The notes under the pieces were generated by a model that was not told where the DNA came from, did not search any database, and saw only the letters and a list, made by a program, of their open reading frames with translations. Source: the human T2T-CHM13v2.0 reference genome, Homo sapiens. Taken from it: 64,000 bases of DNA. The stretch lies in NCBI RefSeq assembly GCF_009914755.1, contig NC_060933.1; one strand, 5' to 3'. Below, in pieces: positions 60,740 through 64,000 of the stretch (position 1 is its first letter; each line of letters begins with the position of its first letter). The translations under genes and the position numbers were made by a program.

Positions 60740-61212
60740 TGTGGACATTTTTATCTGGGTAGTTACCCAGCATCTTTTGATTATTTGTCCTATATTGAGG
60801 AAAATCTTACCATTGATTCTATATCCCTTGCTAGAAGACAATTTCTTTGTATTCTTTGCAGCCAGAGCTCAGGCATATGACACAGAGCCAGCCAATCAGA
60901 TGCAGTCACCTGAGTTTGGAAGAAAGAAGTGTGAAGAAGGTGGTGCTGTGTGGAATCTGTCCTGATGAAGGTGGAAGAACTGGCAGAGAGATAGGCTTTT
61001 GGGGGTGGCAAATGGTAGAAATCTTAACTATAGCATTCTCTGCTCCCAAGATGCGAGGTGTGGTATCTGTGCCCAGTGGTAGTCTTCCATGAGGATTTGG
61101 TTATTATTCCAGGTTACATAGACCTCAGGCACTCCTGGGGATCCTGTAAGCTCCCTAATATCTTTTATAAACTTCTCTTCTGCTAAAAGTAGCTAGCATA
61201 GCTCCCATCTCT
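60740..61212 (+). mobile_element. Old ERVL-type LTR (LTR33-like)
   Basis: ttgcagccagagctcaggcatatgac...gccaatcagatgc and ataaacttctcttctgctaaa..agctag motifs. Confidence 0.45.
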
Positions 61213-61477
61213 TCATGGTTCCTTAGCCTCTTTCTTTAAATCCATATTTAGAAGGCAAACATGAGATACAAATCTCAGTTGGCTGATGAAGGAAGGCCTG
61301 TCCAATAGCTTCTCCGTTAGCCTGTAAAATATGTATGTTTTATGAATTATTGTTAGCATATGGAAAATCAGTGTCGTAGCTTGGGCAGCTGTAACAATAT
61401 ACCATAGACTGGGTGGCTTAAATAATAAACGTTTGTTTCTCATAGTTCTGAAGGCAGGGAAGTGCAGGATCAGGCTG

Positions 61478-61833
61478 TGATATGGTTTGGCTCTGTGTCC
61501 CTACCCAAATCTCACCTTGAATTGTAATAATCTCCATGTGTCAAGGGCAGGACCAGGTGGAGATAATTGAATCATGGGGGTGGTTCCCCCATCCTGTTCT
61601 CATGATAGTGAATGGGTTCTCATGAGATCCGATGGTTTTATAAGGAGTTTCCCCCTTTGCTTGGCTGTCATTCTCTGTCTTGCTTCCCTGTGAAGAGGTT
61701 CCTTCTGCCATAATTGTAAGTCTCCTGAGGCCTCCCCAGCCATGTGGAACTGTGAGTCAATTAAACCTCTTTTCTTTATAAATTACCCAGTCTCGGGTAT
61801 TTCTTCATAGCAGCATGAGAATGGACTAATACA
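61478..61833 (+). mobile_element. THE1D-like solo LTR
   Basis: tgatatggtttggctctgtgtcc...ggactaataca; perfect TSD GGCTG. Confidence 0.93.
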
Positions 61834-62007
61834 GGCTGCCTACAGATTTAGTGTATGGTGAGTGTTCATTTTCTCATTTGCAGATGTCTACCTTCCTGCT
61901 GTATCCTTACATGGTGGAGAGAGAGATAATCTTTCTCATGTCTCTTTTTTTAGACATTTAGATGAATTTCATCATGGGGGCTCTGTCCTCATGACCTATT
62001 TATCTCC

Positions 62008-62365
62008 TGCTGTGGTCTGAATGTTTGTGTCCCCTGCAAATTCATATGTTGAAACCTCATCACCATTGTGGTAGTATTAAGGGGTGGGATCTTTGGGTGG
62101 TGATTAGGTTATGAGGGCTTCACCCTCATGAATTATATTAATACCCTTGTAAAATAGGCCCAAGGGAACTTATTTGTCCTTTCTGCCTTGTGAACACGCA
62201 GCAAGAAGGCACCATTTATGAAGTAGATTGAGCTTTCACCAGATACTTAATCCACAGGTGCCTTGATCTTGGGCTTCCTAGCTTCCAGAACTGTGAACGA
62301 TAAATTTGCGTTGTCCACAAACTACCCAGTCTAACTTATTTTAACAGCCTAAACATACCAAGACA
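62008..62365 (+). mobile_element. MLT1A-like solo LTR
   Basis: tgctgtggtctgaatgtttgtgtcccc...aagaca; TSD tctcc/cctcc. Confidence 0.87.
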
Positions 62366-62778
62366 CCTCCCAAAGGCCCTGCCTCTAAATATCATATTGG
62401 GAATTAGTGCTTCAATATATGAATGGGTTGGGGGGCACAAATATTTCCTCCATAGCAATTAGTGAATAATAAAACCAGCAGCCATGTACTCATACTCAGC
62501 TTTACCAAATATATGCATTTAACCATATTTTCTTCAGATTTTTAACAGTCGTTAGATATTATGGATGTAGTCTGCTTATTTGGATATTTTAATTGACTGG
62601 ATTTGCTTTGTTTCTTTTCCATTTACAGACTTAAGAGTTTAACATTCTGTTACTTTAATTGATATCAGCATGCGTTTTTACTAAGACTCAAAATCTCTTT
62701 ATTGATCAATACAGGGACCTGAGCGTTTTCAGTTCCCCTTCCTGCTCCTGTTTTACGCTTTTGCGTGGGTTACGAATA

Positions 62779-63607
62779 CAGTCGTGTCACTTAATGGCAG
62801 GGTTACATTTTGAGAAACTCATCATCAGGCAATTTTGTCATTGTGAGAACATCATACAGTGTTCTTACACAAGCTTAAATGATATAGCCTTCTGTACACC
62901 TAGGCTATATGGGATAGCTCATTATTGTTCCTAGGCTACAAGTCCATACAGCATGTTATGTGCTGAATACTATAGGTAATTTTAACACAGTGGTATTTGT
63001 GTATCTAAACATAGAAAAGGTAGAGTAACAATATGGTGTAAGAGATAAAACATGGTATACCTGTATAGGGCACTTACCATGAATGGAGCTTGTAGGACTG
63101 AAAATTGCTCAGTGAGTGAGTGGTGAGTGAATGTTTAGGCCTAGGACATTAGTGCATACTACCGCACACTTTATATATGATGTACACTTAGGCTATACTA
63201 AATTTATAAAAATATTTTTATTTCTTCAATAAGTTACCCTTAGCTTACTATAACCTTTTTACTATATAAACTTTAATTTTTAACTTTTTGACTTTTGTAA
63301 TAACACTTAGCTTAAAGCACATTGTACAGCTTTACAGAAATATTTTTTCTTTACACCACAGAGCATTCAGATTTTTTTTTATATCCGTATTCTATAACCT
63401 TTTTATTAATTTTTTTTACTTTTTAATTTTTTTTTGTTAAAAACCAAGCCAAACACACATTGGCATAGGCCAATGTGTAAGTAGGGTCATGATCATCAAA
63501 ATATCAGTAGGTGATAGGAATTTTTTAGCTCCTTTATAATCTTATGAAACCATCATTGTATATGTGGTCCATGGTTGACCAAAACATCATTATGCAGTGT
63601 ATAACAG
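62779..63607 (+). mobile_element. Tigger3(b)-like TcMar DNA transposon fossil
   Basis: TA-flanked; cacctaggctatatgg..ctaggctaca..acctgtatagggcacttaccatgaatggagcttg. Confidence 0.85.
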
Positions 63608-63729
63608 TAAATGCAAACCCCAACTGTAGTCATTTAAACGCATCAAGATATCTTTTATGTCATATAACAAGACACCCAGAGGATTACAATTTGATTCAGT
63701 AACTCATTAATGTTGGAACCATTGTGTTT

Positions 63730-63985
63730 GCAATCCTTCTGGCCAATGAGAGCCCTTCAGGCTGTCATCTGTGTCTTTTTGACATGTCACCATTATTCTT
63801 CAAGCAGTTCCTTATATTCTGGTATGATAAGATGTTCCCAGCTTATCTTGTCTTTGCCTTGTCCTAGCCCTGGAATCAACCGTTTCTTTAAGTATACTTG
63901 GTTCCTTTTAGTGGATAATGACATTGAGAAAACAAGATTTGAGTGTAAGTTATGCTCATTGCTATTAGGTATCACTGCTTCTGAA
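63730..63985 (-). mobile_element. L1MC-type 3' fragment
   Basis: tggccaatgagagcccttcaggctg...agccctggaatcaacc. Confidence 0.7.
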
Positions 63986-64000
63986 TCTACTCAATGAAAA

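Larger units (their letters stand above)
61372..62457 (-). mobile_element. MLT1A-like solo LTR hosting two nested LTRs
   Basis: gggcagctgtaacaatataccatagactgggtggcttaaa...ccatagca; TSD atcag/attag. Confidence 0.85.

Overview
This is hominid (most likely human) non-coding genomic DNA; a full-length SVA_D-type element requires a great-ape genome. I find no convincing protein-coding exon, and the ORF track is explained by Alu, SVA and L1 remnants or by chance. The window looks like the interior of a very long intron of a gene transcribed on the + strand, since most L1, SVA, L2 and Alu copies are antisense. The first ~15 kb is almost free of transposons and holds several enhancer-like blocks rich in homeodomain, TALE, SOX and POU motifs. 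From memory only (unverified), the layout resembles PBX3 intron 2 (uc.273/uc.274 region). The rest is a layered repeat landscape: ~31 Alus, an old ~12 kb antisense L1 invaded by Alus, LTRs and an SVA, plus MaLR LTRs, Charlie1, MER5, MER82 and Tigger3. Repeat family names come from recalled consensus sequences, not from a search. Main observations: (1) the SVA carries a ~625 bp 3' transduction with its own ATTAAA and poly(A) inside one TSD pair, plus a probable cap-derived G; (2) an Alu whose TSDs enclose ~46 bp of foreign 3' flank ending at a Pol III terminator; (3) two candidate + strand cassette exons (51 nt frame-preserving, 71 nt frameshifting); (4) a 20-bp hairpin whose arm can alternatively pair across the 71-nt candidate exon.
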